Shown here piece after piece: positions 18,237-27,858 of a stretch of 42,690 nucleotides of DNA. The notes under the pieces are model-generated. The model ran no database searches. It was not told where the DNA came from and saw only the letters and a list, made by a program, of their open reading frames with translations. The position numbers and the translations under genes are program-made. The first letter of the stretch is position 1; every line of letters begins with the position of its first letter. The stretch is from Candidatus Nanopelagicales bacterium (lineage in GTDB: Bacteria; Actinomycetota; Actinomycetes; S36-B12), in the NCBI GenBank assembly GCA_044233495.1, contig JBIIJX010000002.1, forward strand, positions 1 through 42,690. The letters are read 5' to 3'.

Positions 18237-19028
18237 CTAGGGCCTGCGCAACGTCCGCAGTGCCTCGATCGCGAAGACGGAATTGCCCCAGACGTACCGC
18301 CGTCCCAGGCGCCGGGGCTCGCTCGCCAGCCGGAACGCCCACTCCGTTCCGCTGCGCTGCATCCACAGGGGAGCCTGCGGCTTGGTGCCGGCGAGGAAGT
18401 CGAACGCGGCGCCGACTGCCATGGCCACCACCGGCAGGCTCGCAGCCAGCCGCTGCACCTCGGCATCCTGCTTTGGCGTGCCGAGACCGACCCAGACGAT
18501 GGTGGCGCCCGAGGCGGCGATCCGCTGATCACGTGCACGCAGCTCGTCGTATGAGGCGGTGCGAAAGGGCGGGCTCTCCGCGCCGACCACCCGCGCGTGC
18601 GGATGCTCCTGCGAGATTCGCTGCTCGAGTGCGGCGAGCGTCTCGGGTGATCCACCGAGCAGGTAGTGGTGCGGGCCGACATCGGAGGAGGCCTCGAGCA
18701 CCCCGCGCATGACGTCGGGGCCGTAGACGCGTTCCCAGGCCTGCGCGTGATCGGGATACGCGCGTCGACCGATCCACGTGATCGGCACGCCGTCGCTGAA
18801 TACGACGTCGGCATTGCCGAGGAGATTGGCGTACGAGGCGTCGGATCGAGCCAAGGCCACGTTGTAGGCGTTGCAGAAGTGCACCGCGAGCCCCGGGTGG
18901 CCGACGGCGCGCGTGTCACCTGCCGCGTCGAGCACGAAGGAGATGGCGTCACCGAGGGGCAGCACGGTGAAGTCGACCTCACCCACACGCCGACGCTCGG
19001 CGGGAACGCGCAGGGGGCCGCCACTCAT
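18237..19028 (-). CDS. WecB/TagA/CpsF-family glycosyltransferase
   Basis: 263 aa. VGLGTPKQD, AVGAAFDFLAG and WAFRL motifs typical of TagA/WecG. Confidence 0.85.
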   Translation of the reverse strand: MSGGPLRVPAERRRVGEVDFTVLPLGDAISFVLDAAGDTRAVGHPGLAVHFCNAYNVALARSDASYANLLGNADVVFSDGVPITWIGRRAYPDHAQAWERVYGPDVMRGVLEASSDVGPHHYLLGGSPETLAALEQRISQEHPHARVVGAESPPFRTASYDELRARDQRIAASGATIVWVGLGTPKQDAEVQRLAASLPVVAMAVGAAFDFLAGTKPQAPLWMQRSGTEWAFRLASEPRRLGRRYVWGNSVFAIEALRTLRRP

Positions 19029-19059
19029 CGTCGTGCTCCCCTCGTCGCCGTCGGGCCGG

Positions 19060-19686
19060 TCATGCGGTGATGAACTCGTAGGCCGTCCAAACGGCCAGGA
19101 TGGTCAGGATGCCACCGGACACGAGCCTGATGCGCCACAGGGGCACCCGGGAACGAAGCCACGAACCGCCCAGAACAGCCACACCCGAGACGAGCAGGAG
19201 CGCGAGCCAGGCGCCGAGGAACACCGACAGCGGCTGACCCGTGCGGGCCGCCAGCCCGGCAGTGAGCAGCTGGCTGAGATCGCCCCACTCGGCGGTGAAG
19301 AGCACCAGGAAGCTGATCCCCATGGTGCGCAGGGCACTGGTCGTGGCATCGCCGTGCGCGCGCTGGTCGACCTCGTCCACCTCCTCCTGCTGGCTGCGCT
19401 GCTCCGCCGCGCGCGATGCCAGGCCGCCCTTGACGAGGATGAAGGCACCGACAGCGAACAGCGTGAAGGTCACGCCGAGGACGAGGCGCTGAGGGAGCAG
19501 GGCCAGCAGTCCGCCCGCGACGACGGCGATGAGCACCTGGACGAAGAAGGCCGCTGCCACACCGATCCACACCCACAGGTGCCTGAATCTCGTGGCGAGC
19601 ACGAGCGTGGCAATGAAGGTCTTGTCGGGCAGTTCCGCGGGAAGGATCAGCGCGAAAGTCGTGGCGAGGACGGCCAGGTCGATCAC
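19060..19686 (-). CDS. UPF0016 / GDT1(TMEM165)-family cation (Mn2+/Ca2+) transporter
   Basis: Two E-x-G-D-[KR]-[ST]-type repeats (AELPDKTF and AEWGDLSQ) in a roughly 6-TM protein. The GTG start overlaps the upstream stop (GTGA 19683..19686). Confidence 0.8.
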   Translation of the reverse strand: MIDLAVLATTFALILPAELPDKTFIATLVLATRFRHLWVWIGVAAAFFVQVLIAVVAGGLLALLPQRLVLGVTFTLFAVGAFILVKGGLASRAAEQRSQQEEVDEVDQRAHGDATTSALRTMGISFLVLFTAEWGDLSQLLTAGLAARTGQPLSVFLGAWLALLLVSGVAVLGGSWLRSRVPLWRIRLVSGGILTILAVWTAYEFITA

Positions 19687-21050
19687 GCCGTCCCACCGTC
19701 GTCGGTCAGTGCGTCATCGTCCACGGCGTAGGCGCCCTTGGTGTCGTCAGGCATGAGGCCACCGGTCGGCCCCAACAGGTCCACCGCACGATGGGGCCTG
19801 ATGGTCGGAGCGGAGAAGCGGCGCGGGCCCGTCCAGGGCGCAGGTGGAGCATCGAGGATCTCGCACAGGGCATAGGCGGCGAACTCGTAGCGCGAGCGGG
19901 CAGCGACGAACTGCTGCCATGCCTCGTCGAGGTCACGATCGATGGGAAATCCGGATCGGCGAAGCAGATCGACGGCCTCGTCGAATTCCGAGCGGGTCAG
20001 CATGATCGATCCGTGCTCGCGTTCTTCGAGCTCGGCCACAACACCATCGTCGATGCTGCTCAGGGCATCCCGGTCGCTGGCCTGCTCGACGGCCAGGATC
20101 CTCTGATTCCAACGCGGCAGCTCCTCCAGTTCCCGCGGCTGGGCACGCTCGGCCTGCCGCCGGGTCAGCCTGCGGAATGACGGCCGCCAGGCACGGCGTC
20201 TGGCCATGAGCGCGTAGAGGACCTCGATGGACTGCCCACCCTGAATGAGCAGCTGGAAGGCTGCGCGTCGATCGACGGTCGACGTCAGCGACACGGTGAG
20301 GCAGGCCGCATCGAGGACTGCGATCAGCGACACCAGGTAGTGCCGGTTGGCACGTACGGAACGAACCCAGATCAACACCGGATACATGGTGTGGCTCATG
20401 CGGATGGTGGCGGCGAGATCCCGCCAGCGCACGAACTCGGCATTCGCGTCCTGGAGGGTGTCCGCGAGAGTATGGCGCGAGAGCATCTCCGGCCCCCACG
20501 CCGGCTCGCCCGCCGACGTACTCAGCGCCGTTACCGCGGCCTCACGGTGCAGGTACGAGGAGTAGATCGTGGGGAGGAAGCCGATCATGAGGGCTATGAC
20601 GATGGGGCCGGTCGCCGAAGCGATGAAGTCGATGAGCGTCTGGTCGCTGGTGTCGATATCGGCGAAGCCGAGAGTGAACAGGCTGGATCCGGCCTGCCGC
20701 AGTGACTCGCCCAGCGTCTGGCCGCTCAGGCCGTAGAGCAGCAGGCCGTAGGCGAGCAGGAACAGCATCAGCCAGGTGATCAGCTGCGTCAGCAGGATCG
20801 TCGGTCCTGCCCAGGCGAGCACGGCGTCGCGCTTGGCGTAGGTGGATCGCAACCGGGCCATCCCGCGGCAGGTGCCGACAACGACGCGGCTGACAGCGTC
20901 GCTGATCGCGGACCGCAGGGCCCGAGGCACGATGACCGTGCGCATGAGGCTGCGCGTGGTGACGATGAGCAGCACGATCCCGGCGATGGTCGCGGCGGTG
21001 CGCGAGAGGAGGTCGGCCAGCACTCCGGACACCGGCAGATCGTCCCACAC
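19683..21050 (-). CDS. membrane protein with a degenerate K+-channel-like pore motif and a large cytoplasmic C-terminal domain
   Basis: TM-pore-TM arrangement with SSLFTLGFADI (compare T-x-G-[YF]-G-D). Start set at GTG 21050, because the frame loses G/C at third positions beyond 21071, where the divergent gene is clearly coding. Confidence 0.6.
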   Translation of the reverse strand: MWDDLPVSGVLADLLSRTAATIAGIVLLIVTTRSLMRTVIVPRALRSAISDAVSRVVVGTCRGMARLRSTYAKRDAVLAWAGPTILLTQLITWLMLFLLAYGLLLYGLSGQTLGESLRQAGSSLFTLGFADIDTSDQTLIDFIASATGPIVIALMIGFLPTIYSSYLHREAAVTALSTSAGEPAWGPEMLSRHTLADTLQDANAEFVRWRDLAATIRMSHTMYPVLIWVRSVRANRHYLVSLIAVLDAACLTVSLTSTVDRRAAFQLLIQGGQSIEVLYALMARRRAWRPSFRRLTRRQAERAQPRELEELPRWNQRILAVEQASDRDALSSIDDGVVAELEEREHGSIMLTRSEFDEAVDLLRRSGFPIDRDLDEAWQQFVAARSRYEFAAYALCEILDAPPAPWTGPRRFSAPTIRPHRAVDLLGPTGGLMPDDTKGAYAVDDDALTDDGGTA

Positions 21051-21070
21051 GAGGCCGTTAGGCTCGGGCC

Positions 21071-21562
21071 GTGACTGCCGACCCCCAGGTGCTGCTGATC
21101 CTGGCACTGATAGGCCTCGTCGTCGGGATCGGCGGTCTGGCCGTGGGAGTCATCGCCCTCGTCAGGGCCTCCCGCCTCCATCAGTCCTACGCCCTGCTGC
21201 AGGCGGGCGAGGGGCGCGAGACGATCGTCGACGTCATGGGACGCACCATCGACGAGTTCCACGACCTGCGCGGTGAGGTGGCGCACCTGGACTCCCTGCT
21301 CGCGGCAACGCGGCGGGACCTGACCATGGCGCTGCGCCATGTGTCCGTCGTGCGGTACGACGCCTTCGGCGACATGGGAGGCCGGTTCTCCTTCTCAGCA
21401 GCCCTGCTCGACGATGCAGGCGACGGTCTCGTGCTGACATCGATCCACGGGCGCAGTGAGACGCGCACATACCTGAAGGGGCTCACGTCGGGCACCAGCG
21501 ACATCGAGCTCTCACCTGAGGAGACGCAGGCTGTCCGGATCGCCCGTGGAGGTGCATCATGA
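21071..21562 (+). CDS. DUF4446-family membrane-anchored protein
   Basis: N-terminal TM helix, then VSVVRYDAFGDMGGRFSFSAALLDDAGDGLVLTSIHGRSETRTY, characteristic of DUF4446. Confidence 0.7.
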   Translation: MTADPQVLLILALIGLVVGIGGLAVGVIALVRASRLHQSYALLQAGEGRETIVDVMGRTIDEFHDLRGEVAHLDSLLAATRRDLTMALRHVSVVRYDAFGDMGGRFSFSAALLDDAGDGLVLTSIHGRSETRTYLKGLTSGTSDIELSPEETQAVRIARGGAS

Positions 21563-22488
21563 CCGAGCGCATTGCCTATCTCGGCCCGGCGGGCTCGTTC
21601 TGCGGCGCTGCTGCCGTCGAGCTCACGTCCGGGCGCGACGTCGAACTCGTGGCCGCCGGATCAGTGCAGGCGGCGCTCGACGCCGCGCGCAGCGGAGAGA
21701 CCGACTCCGCGCTCGTCCCCATCGAGAACTCGGTGGAGGGCTCGGTGTCGGTCACCCTGGACGAGCTCGCGAACGGTCGCCGGCTCGTGATCGTCGACGA
21801 GGTCGTCATCCCGATTCGCTTCTCACTCCTGGCTCGCCCAGGCACCCAGCTGGCGGACGTCACCCGCATCGCAACCCACCCGCATGCGCAGGCCCAGGTG
21901 CGGCACTGGCTCGCTGATCACCTGCCGGACGCCCAGGTCATCCCGGCGATGTCGACGGCATCAGCCGCGCAGGCCCTGGTGGATCCGGATGCACCGATCG
22001 ATGCAGCGGTGTCACAGTCACTGGCTGCCGAGATCTACGGACTCGACGTGCTCGCGGACGACATCCACGACACGGACGACGCCACGACGCGATTCGTCCT
22101 CGTGCGGCTGCCTGGTGATCTTCCCGAGCCGACAGGTGCCGACAAGACCACCCTGAGCCTGTTCATGCGGCAGGACGAGCCCGGCGCCCTGCTGGCCATC
22201 CTGACGGAGTTCGCCGTGCGCGGAGTCAACCTGACACGCATCGAGTCGCGGCCGACCAAGAAGGTGCTCGGCGACTACTTCTTCAGTGTGGACGTGGAAG
22301 GGCATGTAGCTGACGCGCGTGTCTCCGAGGCCCTCATGGGCCTGCACCGGGTATGCCTCGACGTGCGCTTCCTCGGGTCGTACCCCCGGCACGACGGCAG
22401 GCAGCCGGTGCTGCGTGCGGGCGTGACGGATGCGGATTTCGCGGGAGCGCAGGAGTGGCTGAATCGACTGAAGGGAAGCAGCCAGTGA
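21559..22488 (+). CDS. pheA: prephenate dehydratase
   Basis: PDT domain plus C-terminal ACT domain (ESRPTKKVLGDYFFSVDVEGH). ATGA overlap with the upstream gene. Confidence 0.9.
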   Translation: MTERIAYLGPAGSFCGAAAVELTSGRDVELVAAGSVQAALDAARSGETDSALVPIENSVEGSVSVTLDELANGRRLVIVDEVVIPIRFSLLARPGTQLADVTRIATHPHAQAQVRHWLADHLPDAQVIPAMSTASAAQALVDPDAPIDAAVSQSLAAEIYGLDVLADDIHDTDDATTRFVLVRLPGDLPEPTGADKTTLSLFMRQDEPGALLAILTEFAVRGVNLTRIESRPTKKVLGDYFFSVDVEGHVADARVSEALMGLHRVCLDVRFLGSYPRHDGRQPVLRAGVTDADFAGAQEWLNRLKGSSQ

Positions 22489-23465
22489 GGTACTTCGTGA
22501 CGGGCGCCGCGGGCTTCATTGGTTCGCACTTCGTGCGCGAGCTGCTCGCGGGCTCCTACGGACCGGATGTCACAGGGGTGACGGTCTACGACAAGCTGAC
22601 ATACGCGGGCAACCTCGAGAACCTCGCTGCCGTGCAGGGGGACCCGCGCTTCTCCTTCGTCCGCGGCGACATCTGCGACGGAGACCTGCTCGACGACGTA
22701 CTGCCCGGCCATGATGTCGTCGTCAACTTCGCGGCCGAGACCCACGTCGATCGTTCCATCCATGGTCCGCAGGACTTCGTCGTCACCAACGTCGTCGGCA
22801 CGCAGACCATCCTCGACGCATGCCTGCGCCACGGCATTCCGCGCACGGTCCACATCGGCACCGACGAGGTGTACGGGTCGATCGACGAGGGCTCGTGGGA
22901 CGAGAGCGAGCCGCTGCGGCCCAACTCGCCCTATTCGGCAGCCAAGGCTGCGGCCGAGCTGCTCGTGCGGGCCTACTTCGTCACGTACGGCCTCAACGTT
23001 TCGAGCACGCGGTGCTCGAACAACTACGGGCCGTACCAGTTCCCGGAGAAGGTCATCCCGCTCTTCGTCACCAACCTGATCGACGGCGCGAAGGTCCCGC
23101 TCTACGGTGACGGCTTGAACGTGCGCGACTGGCTGCACGTCGACGACCACTGCCGCGGCATCGCGCTGGTGATGCAGAAGGGGGCAGCGGGTGAGAGCTA
23201 CAACATCGGCGGTGGCCTGGAGCTCAACAACCGCGAGCTGACCGAGCGCGTACTCGAGGCGATGGGGGCTGACTGGTCGATGGTGCAGCCGGTCGAGGAC
23301 CGCAAGGGCCACGACCGCCGGTACTCCGTCAACGACGGCAAGCTTCGTGCCCTCGGGTACGCCCCCGAGCACCGGTTCGAGGAGGGTCTCGCCGAGACCG
23401 TGCAGTGGTACCGCGACAACGAGGACTGGTGGCGACCGCTGAAGTCCAAGGCCGCCCTTCGTTGA
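22485..23465 (+). CDS. rfbB: dTDP-glucose 4,6-dehydratase
   Basis: GTG 22485 overlaps the pheA stop (GTGA). GAAGFIGSHF Rossmann motif and the YSAAK catalytic motif. Confidence 0.9.
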   Translation: MRYFVTGAAGFIGSHFVRELLAGSYGPDVTGVTVYDKLTYAGNLENLAAVQGDPRFSFVRGDICDGDLLDDVLPGHDVVVNFAAETHVDRSIHGPQDFVVTNVVGTQTILDACLRHGIPRTVHIGTDEVYGSIDEGSWDESEPLRPNSPYSAAKAAAELLVRAYFVTYGLNVSSTRCSNNYGPYQFPEKVIPLFVTNLIDGAKVPLYGDGLNVRDWLHVDDHCRGIALVMQKGAAGESYNIGGGLELNNRELTERVLEAMGADWSMVQPVEDRKGHDRRYSVNDGKLRALGYAPEHRFEEGLAETVQWYRDNEDWWRPLKSKAALR

Positions 23466-23546
23466 CGGGTGGGCGGTGCGCTCGACACTCCGGGTGGCGG
23501 TGCGCACGACTCACAAGTCGACGTGCGGGGGTGAGAGGGTAGGGGC

Positions 23547-24410
23547 GTGCGGGTCCTGGTCATCGGTCACAACGGGCAGCTCGGCTCCGCCCTGATGCAC
23601 GTGCTGCGTCGAGGTCCCAGCGTCACCGTGCGGGGAATCGACTACCCCGACATCGACATCGCCGACGAGCAGTCGGTCCGCCACGTGTTCGGGGGCTTCG
23701 ATCCCGACTTCGTCGTGAACTGCGCCGCCTACACCGCGGTGGACGCGGCCGAGACGGATGAGGATCGTGCGCTGGCCATCAACGGACTCGGGCCCCGCCA
23801 CGTCGCCGCCGAGTGCCGCGAGGCCGGAGCCTGGCTCGTGCACGTCTCGACGGACTACGTCTTCGACGGGACTGCGAGCTCGCCCTATGCCGAGGATGCT
23901 CAGCCGTCACCAGCGTCGGCCTACGGACGCACGAAGCTGGCCGGTGAGGTCGCCGTGCGGGAACTCCTCCCGCAGTCGCACTACCTCGTGCGCACGGCGT
24001 GGCTCTACGGCCTGCAGGGGAACAACTTCGTGAAGACCATGCTCAGGCTCGAGCGCGAGCGCGAGACCGTCGCCGTCGTGACCGACCAGGTGGGCCAGCC
24101 GACCTACGCCGGTGACCTCGCCGAGCAGATCGCCATGCTCATGGACCGGCGCCCCCAGCCGGGCACCTATCACGGGACGAACAGCGGTGAGGTCTCCTGG
24201 TTCGGCTTCACCCGCGAGATCTTCCGGCTCGCCGGAGCAGACCCTGAACGGGTGGTGCCGACGACATCAGCGGAGTTCGTGCGGCCCGCACCACGTCCTG
24301 CCTACTCCGTCCTGGGGCACGACAGGTGGATCGAGCAGCGGCTGCCCGAGATGCGACCGTGGCTCGCGGCCCTCGAGCAGGCCTTCGAGGACGGCATCGC
24401 CGCCGACTGA
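23547..24410 (+). CDS. rfbD: dTDP-4-dehydrorhamnose reductase
   Basis: VLVIGHNGQLGSAL, STDYVFDG and YGRTKLAGE motifs. Confidence 0.9.
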   Translation: MRVLVIGHNGQLGSALMHVLRRGPSVTVRGIDYPDIDIADEQSVRHVFGGFDPDFVVNCAAYTAVDAAETDEDRALAINGLGPRHVAAECREAGAWLVHVSTDYVFDGTASSPYAEDAQPSPASAYGRTKLAGEVAVRELLPQSHYLVRTAWLYGLQGNNFVKTMLRLERERETVAVVTDQVGQPTYAGDLAEQIAMLMDRRPQPGTYHGTNSGEVSWFGFTREIFRLAGADPERVVPTTSAEFVRPAPRPAYSVLGHDRWIEQRLPEMRPWLAALEQAFEDGIAAD

Positions 24411-24498
24411 GCAGGCGGCCTCCGCCGACCATCTGTGCGGCCATTCGACGGCTTCATGGAGGCATTCGAAGTCGGCGTATCGCGACCTCTCCGCGGCG

Positions 24499-25320
24499 CT
24501 ACGCGCCGATCGCGTTCAGCGCCTCCGCGACACCGTGCCCCGGCTCCAGCCCCGTCACCAGATCCGCATGCGCGAACATGTACGGCTGCGCGTGGCCCAT
24601 GAGAACGCCTCGTCCGGCCCACTCGAGCATGGCGGCATCATTCATCGAGTCGCCGATCGCCAGCGTCTCCTCGCGGTCGATGCCGAGCCGATCGCAGAGC
24701 CGCTGGAGCATCGTGGCCTTCGACACCCCGTGCGGGCCGATGTCCATCCACGCGACCTCCGCCACGCCGAACACCACCGAGTGCAGGCCGAGATCCTGTG
24801 CGAGGTGCCCGAGGCCCTCGTCGAGGTGGTCGTCACTGCGGATCACGACGCGGATGGCCGCACGCTCGAGGAGGTCGTCGAACTCGACCTCGCGGATCCC
24901 CTCCGTCAGCGCGCTGTGCGTGAACAACGTGGTGGTGAGAAACACTCCGGATGGCTCCTCCACGGCGAGCATCGCGTTCGGGACCCGCTCGCGTATCGCG
25001 ACGAGGAGCTCCGTCGGGTCGAAGGAGATGGTGTCGACGATCCCCTCGGGGTCGAGGCTGGCCAGCATCGCACCGTTGCTGCACACCGCCCAGGTGTCGA
25101 TGCCCGCCGCCGCGCAGACCGGAGCCGTCGTCCCGAATGAGCGACCTGTCGACGCGACCACCTCGATACCCATGCTCTTCACACGTGCTATCGCCTCCAC
25201 GGCCTCGCGGGGGACGACTCCCGAGTGTGGCAGCAGGGTGTCGTCGAGATCGAGCGCGATCAGGCGCGGACGGAAGTCGCGGAGTGAGGAGACATCAGGC
25301 AGGGAGGTCATCGTCGTCAT
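24499..25320 (-). CDS. Cof-type HAD-IIB phosphatase
   Basis: LIALDLDDTLL motif I, STGR, IGDSMNDAAMLEWAG motif IV. Start at ATG 25320 (AAGGA nearby). ATG 25353 and ATG 25311 are alternatives. Confidence 0.8.
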   Translation of the reverse strand: MTTMTSLPDVSSLRDFRPRLIALDLDDTLLPHSGVVPREAVEAIARVKSMGIEVVASTGRSFGTTAPVCAAAGIDTWAVCSNGAMLASLDPEGIVDTISFDPTELLVAIRERVPNAMLAVEEPSGVFLTTTLFTHSALTEGIREVEFDDLLERAAIRVVIRSDDHLDEGLGHLAQDLGLHSVVFGVAEVAWMDIGPHGVSKATMLQRLCDRLGIDREETLAIGDSMNDAAMLEWAGRGVLMGHAQPYMFAHADLVTGLEPGHGVAEALNAIGA

Positions 25321-25384
25321 GGTCCTTGCAGAGTAGGGGGAACGCGTGAACATCAGGTCACGCAGAGATTGCTGCGCTGTGGCG

Positions 25385-26701
25385 CTACGCGGGCGAGATC
25401 ACCTCGCGACCTCCCATGAACGGACGAAGCGCCGCCGGAATCACGACGGATCCATCGGCCTGCTGGTGGTTCTCGAGTATTGCGACGATCACTCGGGGCA
25501 TGGCGCACAACGTGCCATTGAGGGTGGCGAGTGGTCGCGTGCCCGCCTCGTCACGCATGCGGATACGCAGGCGGCGCGCCTGGAACTCGGTCGTGTTGGA
25601 GGTCGACGTGATCTCCCGGTACGTGCCCTGGGTCGGAATCCACGCCTCCATGTCGAACTTTCGGGCTGCGCTGGACCCGAGATCACCCGTGGCGACGTCG
25701 ATGACCCGGTAGGGGATCTCGAGGGCATCGACGAACTCCCGCTCCCATGCGAGCAGCCGGGCGTGCTCGGCCTCGGCCTCCTCGGGGCGGCAGTAGACGA
25801 ACATCTCGACCTTGTCGAACTGATGCACGCGGATGATGCCCTTGGTGTCCTTGCCGTACGAGCCGGCCTCGCGGCGGTAGCAGGACGACCACCCGGCGTA
25901 GCGCAGTGGCAGCTGAGCGGCATCGATGATCTCGTCGGAGTGGTAGCCGGCGAGGGGGACCTCGGAGGTGCCGACGAGGTACATGTCGTCGGACTCGATG
26001 CGGTACACGTTCTCCGCCGCCTGGCCGAGGAATCCCGTGCCCTCCATCGCACTCGGCAGCACGAGGGTGGGGGTGATCATCGGGATCAGCCCATGCGTCG
26101 TCGCCTGCTGCATCGCAAGGTTGAGCAGTGCGATCTCCAGCAGAGCACCAGGACCGGTGAGGTAGAAGAAGCGTGACCCCGACACCTTGACGCCGCGGTC
26201 GATGTCGATCGCACCGAGCAGCCGGCCGAGTTCGACATGATCGCGCGGTTCGAAGCCCTCGGCGGCGAAGTCGCGCGGGGCGCCGACCTCGGCCAGGACG
26301 GCGAAGTCCTCCTCCCCTCCGACCGGTGATTCGAGGCTGACGAGGTTGGAGACCTGGAGCCACAGCGCGTCGAGAGCGGCGCTCGCAGCGTTGGCCGTCT
26401 CATCGGCGGCCTTGACCTCCTCGGCGAGCTCCTGAGCCTGCGCCATCAGGGTGTCGAGCTCAGCCTGCACCGTCCTGCGTGCGCCGTCATCGGCCGCCTT
26501 CTTCAGTGCTCCCTGCAGCGGGCCGATCTGCTTGCCGAGGGTCTTCTGCTCGTTGCGGAGCTCGTCGAAGCGGGTCTGCGCCGCGCGCTTGGTGACGTCA
26601 GCGGCGACGAGGTCGTCGATGAGCTCGACACTCTCTCCGCGGCGTCGCTGGGACTCGCGGAGACGGTCGGGGTCAGAGCGCAGGATGCTCGGGTCGATCA
26701 C
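25385..26701 (-). CDS. serS: seryl-tRNA synthetase
   Basis: N-terminal coiled-coil arm plus a class II core ([29 protein letters not shown]). Confidence 0.95.
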   Translation of the reverse strand: MIDPSILRSDPDRLRESQRRRGESVELIDDLVAADVTKRAAQTRFDELRNEQKTLGKQIGPLQGALKKAADDGARRTVQAELDTLMAQAQELAEEVKAADETANAASAALDALWLQVSNLVSLESPVGGEEDFAVLAEVGAPRDFAAEGFEPRDHVELGRLLGAIDIDRGVKVSGSRFFYLTGPGALLEIALLNLAMQQATTHGLIPMITPTLVLPSAMEGTGFLGQAAENVYRIESDDMYLVGTSEVPLAGYHSDEIIDAAQLPLRYAGWSSCYRREAGSYGKDTKGIIRVHQFDKVEMFVYCRPEEAEAEHARLLAWEREFVDALEIPYRVIDVATGDLGSSAARKFDMEAWIPTQGTYREITSTSNTTEFQARRLRIRMRDEAGTRPLATLNGTLCAMPRVIVAILENHQQADGSVVIPAALRPFMGGREVISPA

Positions 26702-26721
26702 CGTGCGAGCCTAACCGTGGC

Positions 26722-27837
26722 TCAGGATGACGTGACCGTGAAGGGGTCGTACTGGGTCGCCGCAATGCCACGCTGCCTCGGCACGACGATCCGGTAGCTG
26801 GTGGAGCCCGGTGCCGCATCGGCGGTGACTCCGATGAGGTAGGGGTACGCGCGGTTGCACTCCGACGACTTCCTCGCGGTGCCCCTGGCGATCGTGAACC
26901 AGCCCCCCGCGTCTCGCTGCTGCACGGAGTACCTCGCACCGGACCAGCAGTACTCGTAGGTCCACGTCCGGGTGGCCGAGCATTCCGCCTTGGAGCCCTT
27001 GATCTTCAGGCAGGTTCGGGGCTCGGTCTGGGGCGATGCGCCGGCGGCCGCCACGGCGGAGGCGAGCAGATCAGCCTGGGCGCTCGGCGGGGCGAGGAAG
27101 TCGTTGCGGCCGCCCTCATCCGGCTCGCAGGGCGGGCTGTCTCCGCCGGAGAGGACGGCCACGAGCACGATCTGCCCGCCGATGGTGGTCATCCACGGGC
27201 TGCCACTGTCGCCGACGCACGTGCCCGTGGTGCCATCGGTCAGGACCGAGAGCAGGGACTCCTTCGGAGTGAAGGAGTCGATGGGCGCGGAGGTGCCGAT
27301 CGGGACCGCACTCATCGGGGCCTCCGACACGGCCCGGGGGGCGGTCTGCCCGTAGCCGACCTGCTCGAGGGTGGCGCCCGCGTTGGCGAGTTGCCGGACC
27401 TCGTCGACTGTGGCCACGCGCGAGATCACGGGAGTGGCGAGAGCACGGTCGAGCACGAGGTACGCCACGTCGACACCGCTCGCCGCCTCGTCCCTCTGGT
27501 ACGCGGGACTGATGAGCATCTGGATCGGCCGGGCGGCTGACGGCGCCGCGGTGGAGGTGTCGGCTCCGGGGGGATAGACCTGCCAGTCACTCGCGGCGGA
27601 CGTCACCGACCCGTCATCGAAGAAGCAGTGCGCCGCGGTGACGATCAGGTTGGGCAGGATGAGCGATCCGGTGCAGTACCCGGCGTCGCTCTCGAGCATG
27701 ACGGCGGCTCCGCCGAGGGGCGGATTCGGGGTGCCGTTGATCACGCTGACGACTGACGCCTCGGCGGGTGCACCGGCCAGTGACGCCGCCAGGGCGACTC
27801 CGGCCATGCCGAACAGAGCCGCGGCGCGAGTTCTCAT
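26722..27837 (-). CDS. secreted trypsin-like S1 serine protease with a Cys-containing C-terminal extension
   Basis: Signal peptide from ATG 27837. Catalytic TAAHC and CVGDSGSPW motifs. A roughly 100-aa C-terminal domain with 4 Cys has no recognisable family. Confidence 0.8.
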   Translation of the reverse strand: MRTRAAALFGMAGVALAASLAGAPAEASVVSVINGTPNPPLGGAAVMLESDAGYCTGSLILPNLIVTAAHCFFDDGSVTSAASDWQVYPPGADTSTAAPSAARPIQMLISPAYQRDEAASGVDVAYLVLDRALATPVISRVATVDEVRQLANAGATLEQVGYGQTAPRAVSEAPMSAVPIGTSAPIDSFTPKESLLSVLTDGTTGTCVGDSGSPWMTTIGGQIVLVAVLSGGDSPPCEPDEGGRNDFLAPPSAQADLLASAVAAAGASPQTEPRTCLKIKGSKAECSATRTWTYEYCWSGARYSVQQRDAGGWFTIARGTARKSSECNRAYPYLIGVTADAAPGSTSYRIVVPRQRGIAATQYDPFTVTSS

Positions 27838-27858
27838 GGCGCAAGAGTGCCACGGGCC

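Noticed and set aside
24411-24498. GGCGG-CCT-CCGCC hairpin, and the TGACGC/GCGTCA hairpin at 28454..28477, considered as bidirectional terminators between convergent genes.
   Set aside because: The stems are 5 to 6 bp, too weak to call in DNA of this G+C content.
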